DNA of 64,000 nt from Rhizobiaceae bacterium (GCA_041742335.1 JBGSIT010000045.1:4992-68991), one strand, 5' to 3'. Counted from the stretch's first letter, positions 1 to 11,233 are shown. The notes: a model not told the origin generated them from the letters alone. A program made the numbers and translations.

Positions 1-1
1 A

Positions 2-277
2 AGAAGGACTGCGCGTTTCGTCAGCGTCTTGTGCCTGGCCTGGCCTGATGGTCACACGGAGATGTTTCGCGGCGAGGTCGAAGGCGCGCTGGTCTGGCCG
101 CCGCGCGGGACCAGCGGCTTCGGCTATGATCCGGTTTTTTTGCCCAAGGGCCATGAGACGACATTCGGCGAAATGACGGCAGAGCAGAAACATGGATGGA
201 AGCCGGGCGATCAGGCGGCATTGTCGCATCGCGCCCGCGCCTTCAAGCTGTTTGTCGAAACCTGCCTGGAAGCCTGA
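2..277 (+). CDS. rdgB: dITP/XTP pyrophosphatase (RdgB/HAM1 family), C-terminal part; the 5' end lies outside the window
   Basis: The frame is open from the window edge. The translation ..[43 protein letters not shown] matches the conserved C-terminal half of RdgB. hemW follows directly, a common pairing. Confidence 0.85.
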   Translation, partial: RRTARFVSVLCLAWPDGHTEMFRGEVEGALVWPPRGTSGFGYDPVFLPKGHETTFGEMTAEQKHGWKPGDQAALSHRARAFKLFVETCLEA

Positions 278-306
278 ATGTCGATTTTCAAGGGAAGTAC
301 CCGGTC

Positions 307-1485
307 ATGACGGAGCAGGCCCAGCTTTTGCCGGATTCAGGCGAACCCGGTTTCGGGGTCTATGTCCATTGGCCGTTTTGCGCGGCCAAATGCCCCTATT
401 GCGATTTCAACTCGCATGTCCGCCATCAACCCGTCGACCAGCAGGCCTATGTGGCCGCCTTCCTCAAGGAGATGGCGACGATGCGCGGCTTGAGCGGTTC
501 GGCCAGCGTCACCAGCGTTTTCATTGGTGGCGGCACGCCGTCGCTGATGCATCCCGAAACAGTCGGCACCATCCTCAACGGCATCGCCCGCCACTGGCAT
601 GTGCCTGACGGAATTGAAATCACGCTGGAAGCCAATCCCTCAAGCGTGGAGGCGACACGGTTTCGCGGCTATCGCGCCGCTGGCGTCAACCGCGTTTCGA
701 TGGGCGTTCAGGCGCTCAATGACGCCGATCTCAGGTTTCTGGGCCGTCTTCACAATGTTGACGATGCGCTCAAGGCCATCAGGCTGGCGCGCGAAATATT
801 CCCCCGCATGTCCTTTGACCTGATCTATGCGCGGCCGGGCCAGACCATTGAAGCCTGGGAAGCCGAATTGGCGGCGGCCATCGACCTTGCCGTCGATCAC
901 CTGTCGCTTTATCAACTGACCATCGAACAGGGTACGCCCTTTTTCGGCCTGCACAAGGCCGGCAAGCTGGTTGTGCCTGATGAGGAAACCTCCGCCAATC
1001 TCTATGAGGCCACACAGGATATCACCGCAGCCCATGGCATGCCCGCCTATGAGGTTTCAAATCATGCGCGGCCGGGCGCTGAAAGCCGGCACAACCTGAC
1101 CTATTGGCGTTATGGCGATTATGTCGGCATCGGTCCTGGCGCCCACGGACGCCTGACGGTTGGCGCTCGCAAGCTTGCCACAGCCACGATCAAGAAACCG
1201 GAAGACTGGCTGGCGGCCGTAACGGCCAATGGCCATGGCATGAATGTAGATGACGAATTGGGCCGTGAAGAACAGGCCGACGAATTGCTGATCATGGGCC
1301 TGCGCCTGCGCGAAGGCATCGACCTTGTCCGCTGGCAGGGCCTGAGCGGCCGGACGCCGGATCACGAAAAGGAAGATTTCCTGATCCGCCAGGGATTTAT
1401 CGAACGGCTTGGCAATTCGCGGCTGCGCTGCACGCCAAAGGGCATGCTGATTCTCGATGCGGTGGTGGCCGATCTGGCCTGTTGA
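307..1485 (+). CDS. hemW: radical-SAM heme chaperone HemW (HemN-like family)
   Basis: The radical-SAM CxxxCxxC motif (HWPFCAAKCPYCDF) sits about 20 aa after the ATG at 307, followed by a HemN-like C-terminal region. The ORF-track start at 196 overlaps rdgB and adds Arg-rich, non-conserved residues. Confidence 0.85.
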   Translation: MTEQAQLLPDSGEPGFGVYVHWPFCAAKCPYCDFNSHVRHQPVDQQAYVAAFLKEMATMRGLSGSASVTSVFIGGGTPSLMHPETVGTILNGIARHWHVPDGIEITLEANPSSVEATRFRGYRAAGVNRVSMGVQALNDADLRFLGRLHNVDDALKAIRLAREIFPRMSFDLIYARPGQTIEAWEAELAAAIDLAVDHLSLYQLTIEQGTPFFGLHKAGKLVVPDEETSANLYEATQDITAAHGMPAYEVSNHARPGAESRHNLTYWRYGDYVGIGPGAHGRLTVGARKLATATIKKPEDWLAAVTANGHGMNVDDELGREEQADELLIMGLRLREGIDLVRWQGLSGRTPDHEKEDFLIRQGFIERLGNSRLRCTPKGMLILDAVVADLAC

Positions 1486-1506
1486 CCAGGTTCTCGCCGG
1501 CGCTTG

Positions 1507-2586
1507 TCAGCGCCCGGCGACGCCGGTTTCGTAAAGCTTGCCGGTGGTGGTGGCCAGAAAATCGGTCAGAGCAATATGCTCCTGGTGCAGGAAGCCGCTT
1601 TGCGGCAGTTTACCATCGCGCACCATTTCAATCACTGCGACGACGGAAGCAGATGTCGTCCAGGCAATTGCGGTGCGCCGCTCGCCTGCGATCTCCAGCG
1701 GATAATAGGCCCGCACGAATTCCTTGCGCCTGAGCGCTGCACCCTGCATGCCTTCAGCCGCGACATGGACATAGACCACGTCGTCATCGACCGGCGGCTT
1801 GGCATGGGTGAGAATCTGGCCGGCCGCATCGCGATGCTCGCGCATCAGCAATTCGTGGAAAAAGAAGTTCATCAATGCCATGTGGCCGGGATAGCGCATC
1901 GTCTTGTAGTCAAGATTGTCAACCTTGCCGAGCAGGGTCGAACACATGGTTCCCAATCCGCCCGAGGTGGTGAAGGCTTCCAGCTTGACGCCGTTGACAT
2001 AGATGGTTTCCAGCCATTCCATCGGCGAAACCAGCTTGGGAACGCCATCTTCAATGACTTCGCAATCGTTGAGATATTCGTTGACGACGCCTTCCGGCGA
2101 CCAGTTGAAGGCATAGCCGAGCAGTCCCGCCGGATTTTGCGGCAAGGCGCCGACCCTCAGCCGGATCGAACGGCAGCTATCAAGACTCGCCGCCAGGCTC
2201 GCGCCCGCAATGCCGACGAAACCCGGCGCGAGACCGCATTGCGGCGCCATCAGGCCCTTTGAGCTTGCTGATAGCTCAAGGATCAGGTTGGTCGTCGGCA
2301 CATCTTCGGTCAGGTCGAAATAGTGGATGCCGAGTTGATGGGCCGTCCGGGCAATTTCGGCATTGAGATGGTAGGGCAGACAGGACAGCACCGCCTGGAA
2401 GCCCGAAAGCAGGGTCTTGACCGCCGCGCCGTCGGCAAGATCGACCGTATCCAATGCAAAGCCCTGCTGCTCTTGTGGCAGCACGCGGTCAATGCCGGTG
2501 ACTGCAAAGCCGCTTTGATGAAGCAGCGTTGCCGCCAGCCTGCCGACCTTGCCCAAACCCAACACTGCTATTGTAGAAAACACCAT
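1507..2586 (-). CDS. saccharopine dehydrogenase-like NAD(P)-binding oxidoreductase
   Basis: 359-aa ORF with an N-terminal Rossmann motif (IAVLGLGKVGR). The body resembles the Sacchrp_dh family (GLAPGF, FNWSPEGVVNEY). Confidence 0.65.
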   Translation of the reverse strand: MVFSTIAVLGLGKVGRLAATLLHQSGFAVTGIDRVLPQEQQGFALDTVDLADGAAVKTLLSGFQAVLSCLPYHLNAEIARTAHQLGIHYFDLTEDVPTTNLILELSASSKGLMAPQCGLAPGFVGIAGASLAASLDSCRSIRLRVGALPQNPAGLLGYAFNWSPEGVVNEYLNDCEVIEDGVPKLVSPMEWLETIYVNGVKLEAFTTSGGLGTMCSTLLGKVDNLDYKTMRYPGHMALMNFFFHELLMREHRDAAGQILTHAKPPVDDDVVYVHVAAEGMQGAALRRKEFVRAYYPLEIAGERRTAIAWTTSASVVAVIEMVRDGKLPQSGFLHQEHIALTDFLATTTGKLYETGVAGR

Positions 2587-2663
2587 GATTCCGGTCCCCC
2601 AAACGCAATCCGGCCTGCTTACCCTCCAGTTGGGGCAGCAGGCCGATGCTGAAAATAAATCCT

Positions 2664-4208
2664 CTATTCGTTGATCAGGCGCTTCAAAAGCTCGATTTCG
2701 TGATTGAGCTTTGTGTCGCCGGTCAACAATTCCTCGATCTTGCGTACCGCATGAAGAACGGTGGTGTGATCGCGTCCGCCAAACCTTCTGCCGATTTCCG
2801 GAAATGATCGCGGCGTCAGGGTCTTGGACAGATACATCGCGATCTGGCGCGGCTTGACGATGACCCGGGTGCGCCGGTTGGACACAAGTTCCTGGCGGGA
2901 GACATTGTAGTGACGGGCCACGATCCGCTGGATGTCTTCGATGCGGACCCGCTTGGGCTCGCCCGATCCCACCAGATGCACAAGCAATTCATCAACGCGG
3001 TCAATGGTCAGGTTCGGCTCGAAGGAGCGCCGGAAAACCAGCTGGTTGAAGGCGCCTTCCAGTTCGCGGCCGCTGGCAGTCACGCTGCGGGCGACATGCG
3101 TCATGATCTCAGTGGAAATGTCGAGATTGGGATCTTCCTGGCGGGCAACGTCCAGGCGGCGGTTGAGTATTTCCAGCCGCATGTCGTAGTCGGGGCCTTC
3201 CATCTCGATGGCCACGCCGCCCTGAAGGCGCGATCGAACCCGCGCATCCAGTGATTCCAGCTCCCAAGGGGCTCGATCGGCCGCCACGACAACCTGCTTG
3301 GCGCTGTCGAGCAGCATGTTGAGCAGGTGGCAGAACTCGTTCTGGATCAGCTTGCCCTGCAGGAATTGCATGTCGTCGATGATCAGAAGGTCGATATGGC
3401 GCAGCGATTCCTTCAGCGTCAGGGCGTCATTGTCGCGAATGGCGGTGGCAAAGCGCCACATGAAATATTCGGCTGTCAGATAGACGACGCGCGGCGTGCG
3501 CGGGCTCTGGATGGCGGCATTGGCAATCGCCTGCAAAAGGTGGGTCTTGCCAAGCCCGACATTGGAATGGATGAACAGCGGATTGAAGCGAACCGCGCTG
3601 GCTCCGGCTTCGGCAATCGTCTTGGCGGCTGCCATGGCCACGCGGTTGGAAGCGCCTTCGACAAAAGTGGAGAAGGTATAGCGCCCGTCAAGCGGAGAGC
3701 CGAAGAACGGTGTCTGCTGGGAGGGCTTTGCCGGGGAATTTGACTGCGCGCCGGAAAAATTGTGCAGCGACGTCTGGCTTGTCAGCCTGCGCGCCACCGG
3801 TTGCGGCTGGGCGTCGATCAGGACCCGGGGCTCTTCGGCGGCTACCGGCTTGACGTTGCGCGTGGCGCTGCGCACCAGAATTTCAATCTTGAGAATATTG
3901 TCGTCCTCTTCCTTGAAGAGGTCGGTGATCATTTCGAGGTATCGATTGTTGATCCAGGATTTCAGGAATGTCGTAGGAACCGAAAGTCGAACAATGCTCT
4001 TGGAAACGGAATGCAGTTTCAGCCGCCCGAACCAGCTGGCATAGACATCCGGCCCCACCTTGGCTTTCAGCCGGATGCTGAAGCGCTCGAACACCGCATT
4101 ATGGTTCAATTCCGGATTATCCTTGCTGCCCTCGGTGCAGGCACTATCAATAAGCGGTGAGTTTTCCTTGTCGGAAAACGCGCCAGTTTCAATCATATTC
4201 ATATGCAT
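2664..4208 (-). CDS. dnaA: chromosomal replication initiator DnaA
   Basis: Walker A (GLGKTHLL), Walker B (LLIIDDMQF) and the C-terminal DNA-binding signature ([13 protein letters not shown]) are present. The conserved N-terminus begins around [11 protein letters not shown]/..[22 protein letters not shown] therefore prefer the ATG cluster at 4208/4202/4196 to the ORF-track start at 4451. Confidence 0.92.
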   Translation of the reverse strand: MHMNMIETGAFSDKENSPLIDSACTEGSKDNPELNHNAVFERFSIRLKAKVGPDVYASWFGRLKLHSVSKSIVRLSVPTTFLKSWINNRYLEMITDLFKEEDDNILKIEILVRSATRNVKPVAAEEPRVLIDAQPQPVARRLTSQTSLHNFSGAQSNSPAKPSQQTPFFGSPLDGRYTFSTFVEGASNRVAMAAAKTIAEAGASAVRFNPLFIHSNVGLGKTHLLQAIANAAIQSPRTPRVVYLTAEYFMWRFATAIRDNDALTLKESLRHIDLLIIDDMQFLQGKLIQNEFCHLLNMLLDSAKQVVVAADRAPWELESLDARVRSRLQGGVAIEMEGPDYDMRLEILNRRLDVARQEDPNLDISTEIMTHVARSVTASGRELEGAFNQLVFRRSFEPNLTIDRVDELLVHLVGSGEPKRVRIEDIQRIVARHYNVSRQELVSNRRTRVIVKPRQIAMYLSKTLTPRSFPEIGRRFGGRDHTTVLHAVRKIEELLTGDTKLNHEIELLKRLINE

Positions 4209-4905
4209 GTTGCCGCCTCTACATGTCATTTCAATAATAGCAGGCTGCCTAACGGCAACCGGCCCCCGGAATCCGCTGATCCCATCTTGCCCGCGTTTCA
4301 CAGAAAGCGCCCCCGTGCGCCTTCCGTGCAGTCTCGTGCGTGCCTGACTGTCTGCCGGACCATCTACGCGGTCCTTGACACACCTCCATAAAAAATGTGA
4401 CAAAAAGATCCTCGCGGGAAATTGGACATTTCCCGGTTTTCTGCCCGCCACTCAGGGATTGGACGAAACGAAACGCCCCGTCTATGCTTGGAACGGCCCT
4501 CCGAATATCCGGTCACAAAAGTCATTCTCAGACTTCAGGTCCAGACCGCCAGAAGGCCTCTTCCGGATTTCATTTAGGCAGGATCGACAGGTAAGATCAA
4601 TGAGCTTTTTTACACAAAATTAAGGCTTGGCCATTGACATTCCGGCCTGCTGCTGACCCCCACGACGAGCGATATTGAGAATCGCTTTTGAATCAACGAC
4701 ATTCGAATTTTCCGGCCTTCGAACTTAAAAAAAATCTAAAAATAAAAAATTTTCTTGACTCGATTTAGGTGCCATCTACCCCTGGGTGAGACCGGCCATT
4801 GAAGGGTCACCTCGTGTAACCATTTGAAATCATGGAATAATAATTGTCACCCAATTGACACGTATGTGTCATGATTGCAACAGGTAAATTGTTAAAAACA
4901 GCACA

Positions 4906-4933
4906 ACCCAAAAAGCCCGGTCAATGACCGGGC
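4906..4933 (-). terminator. Rho-independent terminator downstream of rpsT
   Basis: Perfect inverted repeat GCCCGGTCA/TGACCGGGC (4915-4923 and 4925-4933). On the minus strand it is followed by TTTTTGGG (4906-4914), about 40 nt after the rpsT stop. Confidence 0.7.
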
Positions 4934-4971
4934 AGTGGAGAAAACAACAATTTCAAGCTGAAAAGGAGGTC

Positions 4972-5232
4972 TTACAGACCCTTGACGCGATGAGCCAGAC
5001 GCGACACTTTACGCGATGCGGTATTGGCGTGCATGACGCCCTTTGTTGCCGCACGCATCAATTCCGGCTGAGCTGCCTGGAGCGCTGCCTGTGCTGCGGT
5101 CTTGTCGCCCGATGCAATGGCTTCTTCAACCTTGCGCAGGAACGTCCGAATGCGCGAGCGGCGAGCCTTGTTGACTTCCGTGCGGGCTGCGATCTTGCGG
5201 GTCGCCTTTTTTGCCGAAGCTGTATTGGCCAT
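4972..5232 (-). CDS. rpsT: 30S ribosomal protein S20
   Basis: The translation [44 protein letters not shown] is typical S20. ATG 5232 is preferred to the in-frame start at 5247. Confidence 0.95.
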   Translation of the reverse strand: MANTASAKKATRKIAARTEVNKARRSRIRTFLRKVEEAIASGDKTAAQAALQAAQPELMRAATKGVMHANTASRKVSRLAHRVKGL

Positions 5233-5363
5233 GTTGCCTTCCTTCACAAATCCAAATCAGTGGTCCTCAAAGCGTCCGGCGGCTGACTGACAGCTCAAAG
5301 ACCGATGCGAGAGGAAATTTCCAAGGATCAGCTTTTGTCAGGCTGTCCCTAAATCTGAGCGGC

Positions 5364-5392
5364 GTATAGCCTTAATGAAGTCCGGCGTCAAC
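5364..5392 (-). promoter_or_regulatory. candidate sigma-70 promoter for rpsT
   Basis: The minus strand reads GTTGAC (5392-5387), a 17-nt spacer, then CTATAC (5369-5364). This is close to the alphaproteobacterial CTTGAC-N17-CTATAT consensus and lies about 130 nt upstream of the rpsT ATG. Confidence 0.5.
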
Positions 5393-5461
5393 GCGAAAAA
5401 GCGGCTGACACCCGTGGATTTTTTGCCGTTGCGGTCAATATAAGCTTCCGCGCGGCCCGAC

Positions 5462-6235
5462 TCAGCGGTTGGTGAAAGCAGGTTTGCGCTTTTCGACAAA
5501 GGCCAGCATGCCTTCCTTCTGGTCGTCGGTGGCAAACAGCGCATGAAAGGCCCGGCGCTCAAATTGCAGGCCTTCCTGCAATGTCGTTTCAAACGCCCGC
5601 TGCACGCTTTCCTTGGCCATGAGGACGGAGGGAAGCGACATGGAGGCAATCTTGTCGGCAGCACTCAGGGCTTCTTCAAGCAATCTGTCCACCGGCACGA
5701 CACGGGCCACCAGGCCTGAGCGTTCGGCTTCCGCCGCATCCATCATCCGACCGGTCAATATCATGTCCATCGCCTTGGCCTTGCCGATTGCCCGGGTCAG
5801 TCGCTGCGTGCCGCCGAAGCCGGGTATGATTGCGAGTGTGATTTCCGGTTGGCCGAATTTCGCATTGTCGGCGGCAATGATGAAATCGCACATCATGGCC
5901 AATTCGCATCCGCCGCCAAGCGCAAAGCCTGACACTGCCGCAATCAGCGGCTTGCGCTGACGGGTTACCGTGTCCCAGCCAGCCCCGAAATCGGCGAGAA
6001 ACATGTCGGCAAAGCCCATGGCCTGCATTTCCTTGATATCGGCGCCGGCCGCAAAGGCTTTTTCCGATCCCGTCAGCACAATGGCCCCGATTGCGGGGTC
6101 TGCATTGGACGACATCATGGCGTCCTGCAGTTCGGCCATAAGCGCAGCGTTCAACGCGTTCAAGGCCTGCGGACGGTTCAGCGTGATCAGTGCGATCTTG
6201 CCGCGTCTTTCCACAATCAGGGTCTCATAGGTCAT
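5462..6235 (-). CDS. enoyl-CoA hydratase (crotonase family)
   Basis: Crotonase signatures are present: [40 protein letters not shown]. The ATG at 6235 lies 10 nt after the mutM stop, so the two genes share an operon. Confidence 0.9.
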   Translation of the reverse strand: MTYETLIVERRGKIALITLNRPQALNALNAALMAELQDAMMSSNADPAIGAIVLTGSEKAFAAGADIKEMQAMGFADMFLADFGAGWDTVTRQRKPLIAAVSGFALGGGCELAMMCDFIIAADNAKFGQPEITLAIIPGFGGTQRLTRAIGKAKAMDMILTGRMMDAAEAERSGLVARVVPVDRLLEEALSAADKIASMSLPSVLMAKESVQRAFETTLQEGLQFERRAFHALFATDDQKEGMLAFVEKRKPAFTNR

Positions 6236-6245
6236 GGCATGTTCC

Positions 6246-7139
6246 TTATTTCTGGCATTTCGGGCAATAGAAGGTGGAGCGGCCCGCTTGTGTGATGCGG
6301 GCAATCACGCCGCTGCATCCGGCATCGGGGCATGGCGCGCCTTCGCTGTCGTAAACCTTGAAGCTGTGCTGGAAATAACCCAGCGAACCGTCGGTCTGGA
6401 TATGGTCGCGCAAAGAAGAACCGCCGGCGAGAATGGCTTCGGCAATGACGGTGCGAATATGGCCCTCAAGTGCTATAAGCTTGGCGGCGGGCTTGCCATT
6501 CGCATTGACCAGGGTGCCGGCTGCGCGTTCGGGCGACAGTTTGGCCCGGAACAAAGCCTCGCAAACATAGATATTGCCGAGGCCGGCAATGTTCTTCTGG
6601 TCGAGCAGGGCCGATTTCAATGGCTGGCTGCGGCCGGAAAAGCGCTTGGCGAGATATTCGGCGGAAAGTGCGTTGCCGGTCGGTTCCGGACCGAGATCGT
6701 GGAATGACGGATGGCTGTCGAGTCCGGATGTGCTGGTCAGGTCCATGAAGCCGAAGCGGCGCGGATCATTATAGACAATGCGTGCGCCGCCGCCGCCCGG
6801 CCTGTCGAGGTGAAAGACGACGTGGTCATGGGCTGCGAGTTTTGAACGGGCCATGTGGAAATCGCCGGGCCTTTCGATCGCCCCATCCGTCTCTATCCGA
6901 TAGGATCCCGACATTCCCAGATGGGAAATGATGGTCAGATCGTCCTCAAGCCTGATCAGCAGATATTTCGCCCGTCGTCCCATGCCTGTGATGAGTCGGC
7001 CTTCGGTGCGGCCGGAGAAATCTTGAGGGAACGGAAAGCGCAGGTCCTTGCGGCGCAATTCCAGCCGGCCGATCCGGGCGCCGTCCATGAAGGGCGCAAG
7101 TCCGGTCATGACTGTTTCGACTTCCGGCAATTCCGGCAT
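6246..7139 (-). CDS. mutM: formamidopyrimidine-DNA glycosylase
   Basis: The catalytic N-terminus MPELPEVET and a C-terminal zinc finger ending YCPKCQK are present. The ORF-track start at 7250 adds a non-conserved extension. Confidence 0.92.
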   Translation of the reverse strand: MPELPEVETVMTGLAPFMDGARIGRLELRRKDLRFPFPQDFSGRTEGRLITGMGRRAKYLLIRLEDDLTIISHLGMSGSYRIETDGAIERPGDFHMARSKLAAHDHVVFHLDRPGGGGARIVYNDPRRFGFMDLTSTSGLDSHPSFHDLGPEPTGNALSAEYLAKRFSGRSQPLKSALLDQKNIAGLGNIYVCEALFRAKLSPERAAGTLVNANGKPAAKLIALEGHIRTVIAEAILAGGSSLRDHIQTDGSLGYFQHSFKVYDSEGAPCPDAGCSGVIARITQAGRSTFYCPKCQK

Positions 7140-7406
7140 GATAAGCTCCACCTCGGCTGCACAGGCTTTATGAACGCACTCTATAATGAGCAAAGGCCGC
7201 CCAGGTCGAGAAGAATCTGGACGAGGGGGAAATGCGGAGGTTTCCGGCAATATTCCCCGGTCACCATAAATACCGGTTGTGATTGCAATTTTCGACCATT
7301 GCGTTATTGGCAGGATGAAAAATGCCGCACTCTAATACGGGCCGATGAACTTCCATCGCCCGGATTGATCCGCTAGTGTCGCGGCGCAGACTTTTGTGGA
7401 GCATTC

Positions 7407-8186
7407 ATGATGGCAACCGAACGGACGACAGCTGAAGGCGGCATGCAGACCTCCTACGGTTTCAAATCCGTGGAGGAGGGCGAAAAGCAGGCATTGGTCA
7501 ACGATGTCTTTCACAAGGTCGCCCGCCGCTATGACATCATGAACGACCTGATGTCGGCCGGTCTGCACCGTTTGTGGAAAGATGCGATGATCGCCGCGCT
7601 CAATCCGCGCAAGAGCCCCGATTGGCGGGCGCTGGATGTCGCAGGCGGCACCGGCGATATCGCCTTTCGCATTGTCGAGGCTTCCAACCGGCTGTGCCGC
7701 GCCACCGTGCTGGACATCAACGGCTCAATGCTGGCCGTCGGCGCCGAACGGGCGGAAAAGAAGGGGCTGATGCCCAATCTGGACTTCGTCGAGGCCAATG
7801 CCGAAGATCTGCCTTTTGCCGACAACAGTTTTGATGCTTATACGATCGCCTTCGGTATCCGCAACGTGCCCCATATCGATGTCGCCCTCAAGGAAGCCTG
7901 GCGGGTGCTCAAGCGTGGAGGCCGCCTTTTGGTGCTGGAATTTTCGGAAGTCGACATGCCGCTGCTCGACAAGATCTATGATCGCTGGTCATTTTCGATG
8001 ATCCCGCAAATCGGCAAGGCCGTCACCGGCGAGGCGGAGCCATACCAATATCTGGTCGAATCGATCCGCAAATTTCCAAGCCAAGGCGAATTTGCCGCAA
8101 TGATTTCCAAGGCCGGCTTTTCGCGGGTGACCTTCACCAATTACAGCGGCGGCATTGCCGCGCTTCATTCCGGCTGGAAGATCTGA
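7407..8186 (+). CDS. ubiE: ubiquinone/menaquinone biosynthesis C-methyltransferase UbiE
   Basis: The UbiE signature ([21 protein letters not shown]) and SAM motif (LDVAGGTGD) are present. Confidence 0.92.
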   Translation: MMATERTTAEGGMQTSYGFKSVEEGEKQALVNDVFHKVARRYDIMNDLMSAGLHRLWKDAMIAALNPRKSPDWRALDVAGGTGDIAFRIVEASNRLCRATVLDINGSMLAVGAERAEKKGLMPNLDFVEANAEDLPFADNSFDAYTIAFGIRNVPHIDVALKEAWRVLKRGGRLLVLEFSEVDMPLLDKIYDRWSFSMIPQIGKAVTGEAEPYQYLVESIRKFPSQGEFAAMISKAGFSRVTFTNYSGGIAALHSGWKI

Positions 8187-8191
8187 TCCTG

Positions 8192-9772
8192 ATGACAACA
8201 GCCGGTGCATATTTCCGCCTGGCGCGGCTTGGCTGGGTTCTGGTGCGCGAGGGCGTCGTTTCGGCGCTGCCTTCGGAAGGACTGCCGCCAAGCCTGCGTT
8301 TTGGCAAATCGGCGCTCGGATTGCTGGCCCGCAACCGGGCGCGCGACAGTGCGCGATCGGACAATCTTTCACGCGCTGTTGAACGTCTGGGGCCGTCCTA
8401 CGTCAAGATCGGCCAGTTCTTTGCAACGCGGCCGGATGTTGTGGGCAAGGAGTTTGCCGCCGATCTTGCCTTGTTGCAGGACAGCCTTCCGACATTCCCC
8501 AAAAGCCAGGCTATTCATCAGATCGAACATGCATTGGGTCGCCCGATCGGCGAATTGTTCGAACGCTTTGACGATCCGGTTGCCGCTGCCTCCATTGCCC
8601 AGGTCCATCCGGCCCTGGTGGCAGGCGTAGATGGTCCGGTCAAGGTCGCCGTCAAGGTGATCCGGCCCGGCGTGCGCGAGCGCTTCGCGCGCGACCTTGA
8701 GGCCAATTACCTGATGGCGCGGCTGCAGGAGAAATATTACCCGCCCGCCCGCCGGCTCAAGCCGGTGGAGGTGACAAAGACGCTTGAACAGACCACCCGG
8801 GTGGAAATGGACTTGCGGCTGGAGGCAGCCGCGCTTTCCGAACTGGGCGACAATATCAAGGATGATCCGGGCTTCCGCGTTCCAATCGTCGATTGGGCGC
8901 GCACCGGTCGCGATGTCGTGACCATGGAATGGATCGACGGCGTCAAGATGAGCGACATTGAAGGCCTGAAGGCTGCCGGTCACGACCTGAACCATCTGGC
9001 CGAAATGCTGATGCAATCCTTCCTGCGCCACACTTTGCGCGACGGCTTTTTCCATGCCGACATGCACCAGGGCAATCTGTTCGTCGTGGCCGACGGTACC
9101 ATTGTCGCCGTCGACATGGGCATTGTCGGGCGTCTGGGCAAAAAGGAACGCCGCTTCCTTGCCGAAATTCTTTACGGCTTCATCACCCGGAATTATCGCC
9201 GCGTCGCGGAGGTTCACTTTGAAGCCGGCTATGTGCCCGCCAAACATGATGTCGACAGCTTTGCTCAGGCCATTCGCGCCATTGGCGAGCCGATCCATGG
9301 CCAACCGGCTGATACGATCTCGATGGCCAAGCTGCTGACCCTGCTGTTTGAAGTCACCGAGCTTTTCGACATGGAGACCCGTACCGAACTGGTCATGCTG
9401 CAAAAGACCATGGTGGTGGTGGAGGGCGTGGCCCGTTCGCTCAACCCGCATTTCAACATGTGGAAGGCGTCCGAACCCGTGGTGGGTCGCTGGATTGCTG
9501 ATAATCTTGGCCCCAGACGCGTCGTCGTTGATATTCAGGAAGGCGCGAAAGCCGCCTTGCGGTTGGCCGAGGCCGCCCCGCAGATTTTCGCCCGTGCCGA
9601 AAAATTCGCCAACGACATCGCCGACATGAGCGAAAACGGCCTGCGATTCGACCGGCAGACCGCCGAGGACATCGGTCGGGCGGAGGCGCGCCATTCCCGC
9701 TCGGGCCGCATCGCGCTCTGGGTAATCGCCGCCAGCATGGTTTTCATAGCCGCGAAAATTGCCGGATTTTGA
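8192..9772 (+). CDS. ubiB: ubiquinone biosynthesis protein UbiB (ABC1 atypical kinase family)
   Basis: ABC1-domain motifs (AAASIAQVH, FHADMHQGNLFV) and a C-terminal TM helix are present. The ATG lies 5 nt after the ubiE stop. Confidence 0.9.
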   Translation: MTTAGAYFRLARLGWVLVREGVVSALPSEGLPPSLRFGKSALGLLARNRARDSARSDNLSRAVERLGPSYVKIGQFFATRPDVVGKEFAADLALLQDSLPTFPKSQAIHQIEHALGRPIGELFERFDDPVAAASIAQVHPALVAGVDGPVKVAVKVIRPGVRERFARDLEANYLMARLQEKYYPPARRLKPVEVTKTLEQTTRVEMDLRLEAAALSELGDNIKDDPGFRVPIVDWARTGRDVVTMEWIDGVKMSDIEGLKAAGHDLNHLAEMLMQSFLRHTLRDGFFHADMHQGNLFVVADGTIVAVDMGIVGRLGKKERRFLAEILYGFITRNYRRVAEVHFEAGYVPAKHDVDSFAQAIRAIGEPIHGQPADTISMAKLLTLLFEVTELFDMETRTELVMLQKTMVVVEGVARSLNPHFNMWKASEPVVGRWIADNLGPRRVVVDIQEGAKAALRLAEAAPQIFARAEKFANDIADMSENGLRFDRQTAEDIGRAEARHSRSGRIALWVIAASMVFIAAKIAGF

Positions 9773-9900
9773 CAAGACTCCGCCCTTGTGTTTTCAGATT
9801 TAGAAAGAACTAATGCATCCTTTCATTTTGAAGAAAACCATGCAGAGACTTGTGTCGTTGATTCTGCCAATCCGGGATTCCGCCGATTTAGCGAGGTTGC

Positions 9901-10197
9901 ATGCTCCGCCAGTTTGAAACATTCATTATCCGTATCCTCGACACCACTGATCCGCTTCTCAGTCCGCTGGGTTTTTACGCTGGCGTGCTGATCGCCATCG
10001 CCTTTATCATCGGATCGGTCATTCTTGCCGGACAGGTGCTGTCGCGGGTCTATTACGGCTCGCTTCTCAGAAGGGCGATTGTCATCGTGCTGGCCTTTCC
10101 GCTCACCATCATTGCGGTACTGATCGTCTGGCGGTTGCTGCGTTATGCGGCTGGATATATCGCCAATTCACCGCTGCCCTGGTCGTTGATTTTTTGA
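9901..10197 (+). CDS. hypothetical small membrane protein
   Basis: 98-aa ORF with two long hydrophobic segments (FYAGVLIAIAFIIGSVILAG and IVIVLAFPLTIIAVLIVW). I recognise no family. It sits in a lower-GC spacer. Confidence 0.4.
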   Translation: MLRQFETFIIRILDTTDPLLSPLGFYAGVLIAIAFIIGSVILAGQVLSRVYYGSLLRRAIVIVLAFPLTIIAVLIVWRLLRYAAGYIANSPLPWSLIF

Positions 10198-10406
10198 GCC
10201 GGTTACTGCTGGCTCCAGGCCAGGATGAAGCGCGGATCCCGCGACCGGTCCGGCAGGCTTCTTGTCGCCACGACAGGCCGGTTATGCTATCCTGCCTGCA
10301 GCGCCGTGCCGGGCATTCAAAAGCATGTCCAAGTAACGCTGTGCCACCTTGAAACGGTGCGTGGACCACGTTGATCAACCTGATCTGGTTGAAACGAAAT
10401 GCATGA

Positions 10407-10814
10407 ATGCGAGGGTCGGTCATGTTCAATGTCGTATTGTTGCTCGGCCGAATATTGGCCTCGGCCATTTTCATCCAGGCGGGCTATTCCGAGATGATGA
10501 ACCTGGCGGGAACCATCCGCTATTTTGAAAGCCTCGGCCTGCCATATGCTTCACTGCTGGTCTGGCCGGTATTGGCGCTTGAACTGGGCGGCGGGTTGCT
10601 CATTCTGGTCGGGTTCATGACCCGGCCCGTCGCCCTTTTACTGGGCGTTTTTGCTGCCGCTGCCGCCGCCATCGGCCATTCGGATTTCGGCAATATCACC
10701 GAATTCCAGATGTTCATGAAAGACATGGCGATAGCCGGCGGCTATCTGTTCATCTCGGTCACTGGTGCGGGGACCATCTCCGTGGATGGCGCCATGAAGG
10801 TTCAATCTGGGTAA
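10407..10814 (+). CDS. DoxX family membrane protein
   Basis: About 130 aa with 3-4 TM segments. The pattern GRILASAIFIQAGYSE..LELGGGLLILVGF resembles DoxX. ATG 10422 is an alternative start. Confidence 0.65.
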   Translation: MRGSVMFNVVLLLGRILASAIFIQAGYSEMMNLAGTIRYFESLGLPYASLLVWPVLALELGGGLLILVGFMTRPVALLLGVFAAAAAAIGHSDFGNITEFQMFMKDMAIAGGYLFISVTGAGTISVDGAMKVQSG

Positions 10815-11233
10815 ATGACGCCCTTGCGCAGAATAATGTTGCCGTAAAGCCGAGGCTCCGAAGTCTGGACGATTGTATGGGCGGCCCTGACGCGGGCATA
10901 AAAATCCGCGCCGGACAACGCCACCACCTTTCTGCCCGGTTCATGGCGGCGGCAGACATCCTCCATGTCGTCATGCACTGGATCCCGGAGGCCGGGGTCG
11001 CCTTTGACGCTGGCGCGAAATATGGCTTCCGGAACGATATCGTCAATAGGCAGGACCGACAGGATCGCATCGAGGACAGCTACGACGCCGTGACCATCCA
11101 GACGCACCAGCCGACGGCCATGTTCTTCGCCGGGATAGTTGCCGTCGACCAAGGCGATTTCGTCACCATGCCCCATAGCGCGCAATGTAAAAAGCAGGGC
11201 CGGGCTCAGCAGCGGATCTATTCCCCTCAACAT
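10802..11233 (-). CDS. RbsD/FucU family sugar mutarotase/pyranase
   Basis: 143 aa with the motif MGHGDEIALVDGNYP typical of RbsD/FucU. Its ATG shares one nucleotide with the stop of the upstream ROK gene (TGATG). The ORF-track start at 11521 is an in-frame run-on into that gene. Confidence 0.75.
   Translation of the reverse strand: MLRGIDPLLSPALLFTLRAMGHGDEIALVDGNYPGEEHGRRLVRLDGHGVVAVLDAILSVLPIDDIVPEAIFRASVKGDPGLRDPVHDDMEDVCRRHEPGRKVVALSGADFYARVRAAHTIVQTSEPRLYGNIILRKGVIYPD

Noticed and set aside
2612-2644. Hairpin GGCCTGCT...AGCAGGCC downstream of dnaA as a terminator
   Set aside because: It has an 8-bp stem with a 17-nt loop and no U-tract on the minus strand. That is too weak to call.
4209-4451. 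81-codon N-terminal extension of DnaA given by the ORF track
   Set aside because: The extension is Arg/Gly-rich ([29 protein letters not shown]) with no resemblance to DnaA domain I. The conserved N-terminus starts after the ATG cluster at 4208-4196.
4452-4971. Possible oriC in the 520-bp AT-containing spacer between dnaA and rpsT
   Set aside because: I found only one relaxed DnaA-box match (TTTTACACA, 4608-4616) and no cluster of TTATCCACA-like boxes or 13-mer-type repeats. In Caulobacter and Rhizobiales the origin is known to lie near hemE rather than beside dnaA. The A/T tract (4726-4765) is adequately explained by promoter elements and the rpsT terminator. A DnaA-box position-weight scan plus GC-skew analysis of the whole replicon would settle this.
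8369-9775. Long antisense or alternative-frame ORFs opposite real genes. Examples: 8369-9775, 12577-13530, 19665-20621, 22894-24339, 25895-27337, 28416-29426, 29282-30877, 33415-34338, 33750-34775, 35838-36773, 39176-40264, 40422-41291, 44097-45203, 47851-48903, 49871-50926, 51742-52776, 52999-53898
   Set aside because: Their translations are Arg/Gly/Ala/Pro-rich with no recognisable motifs. Each lies opposite a gene with clear family signatures. These are the stop-codon-poor shadow frames typical of high-GC DNA.
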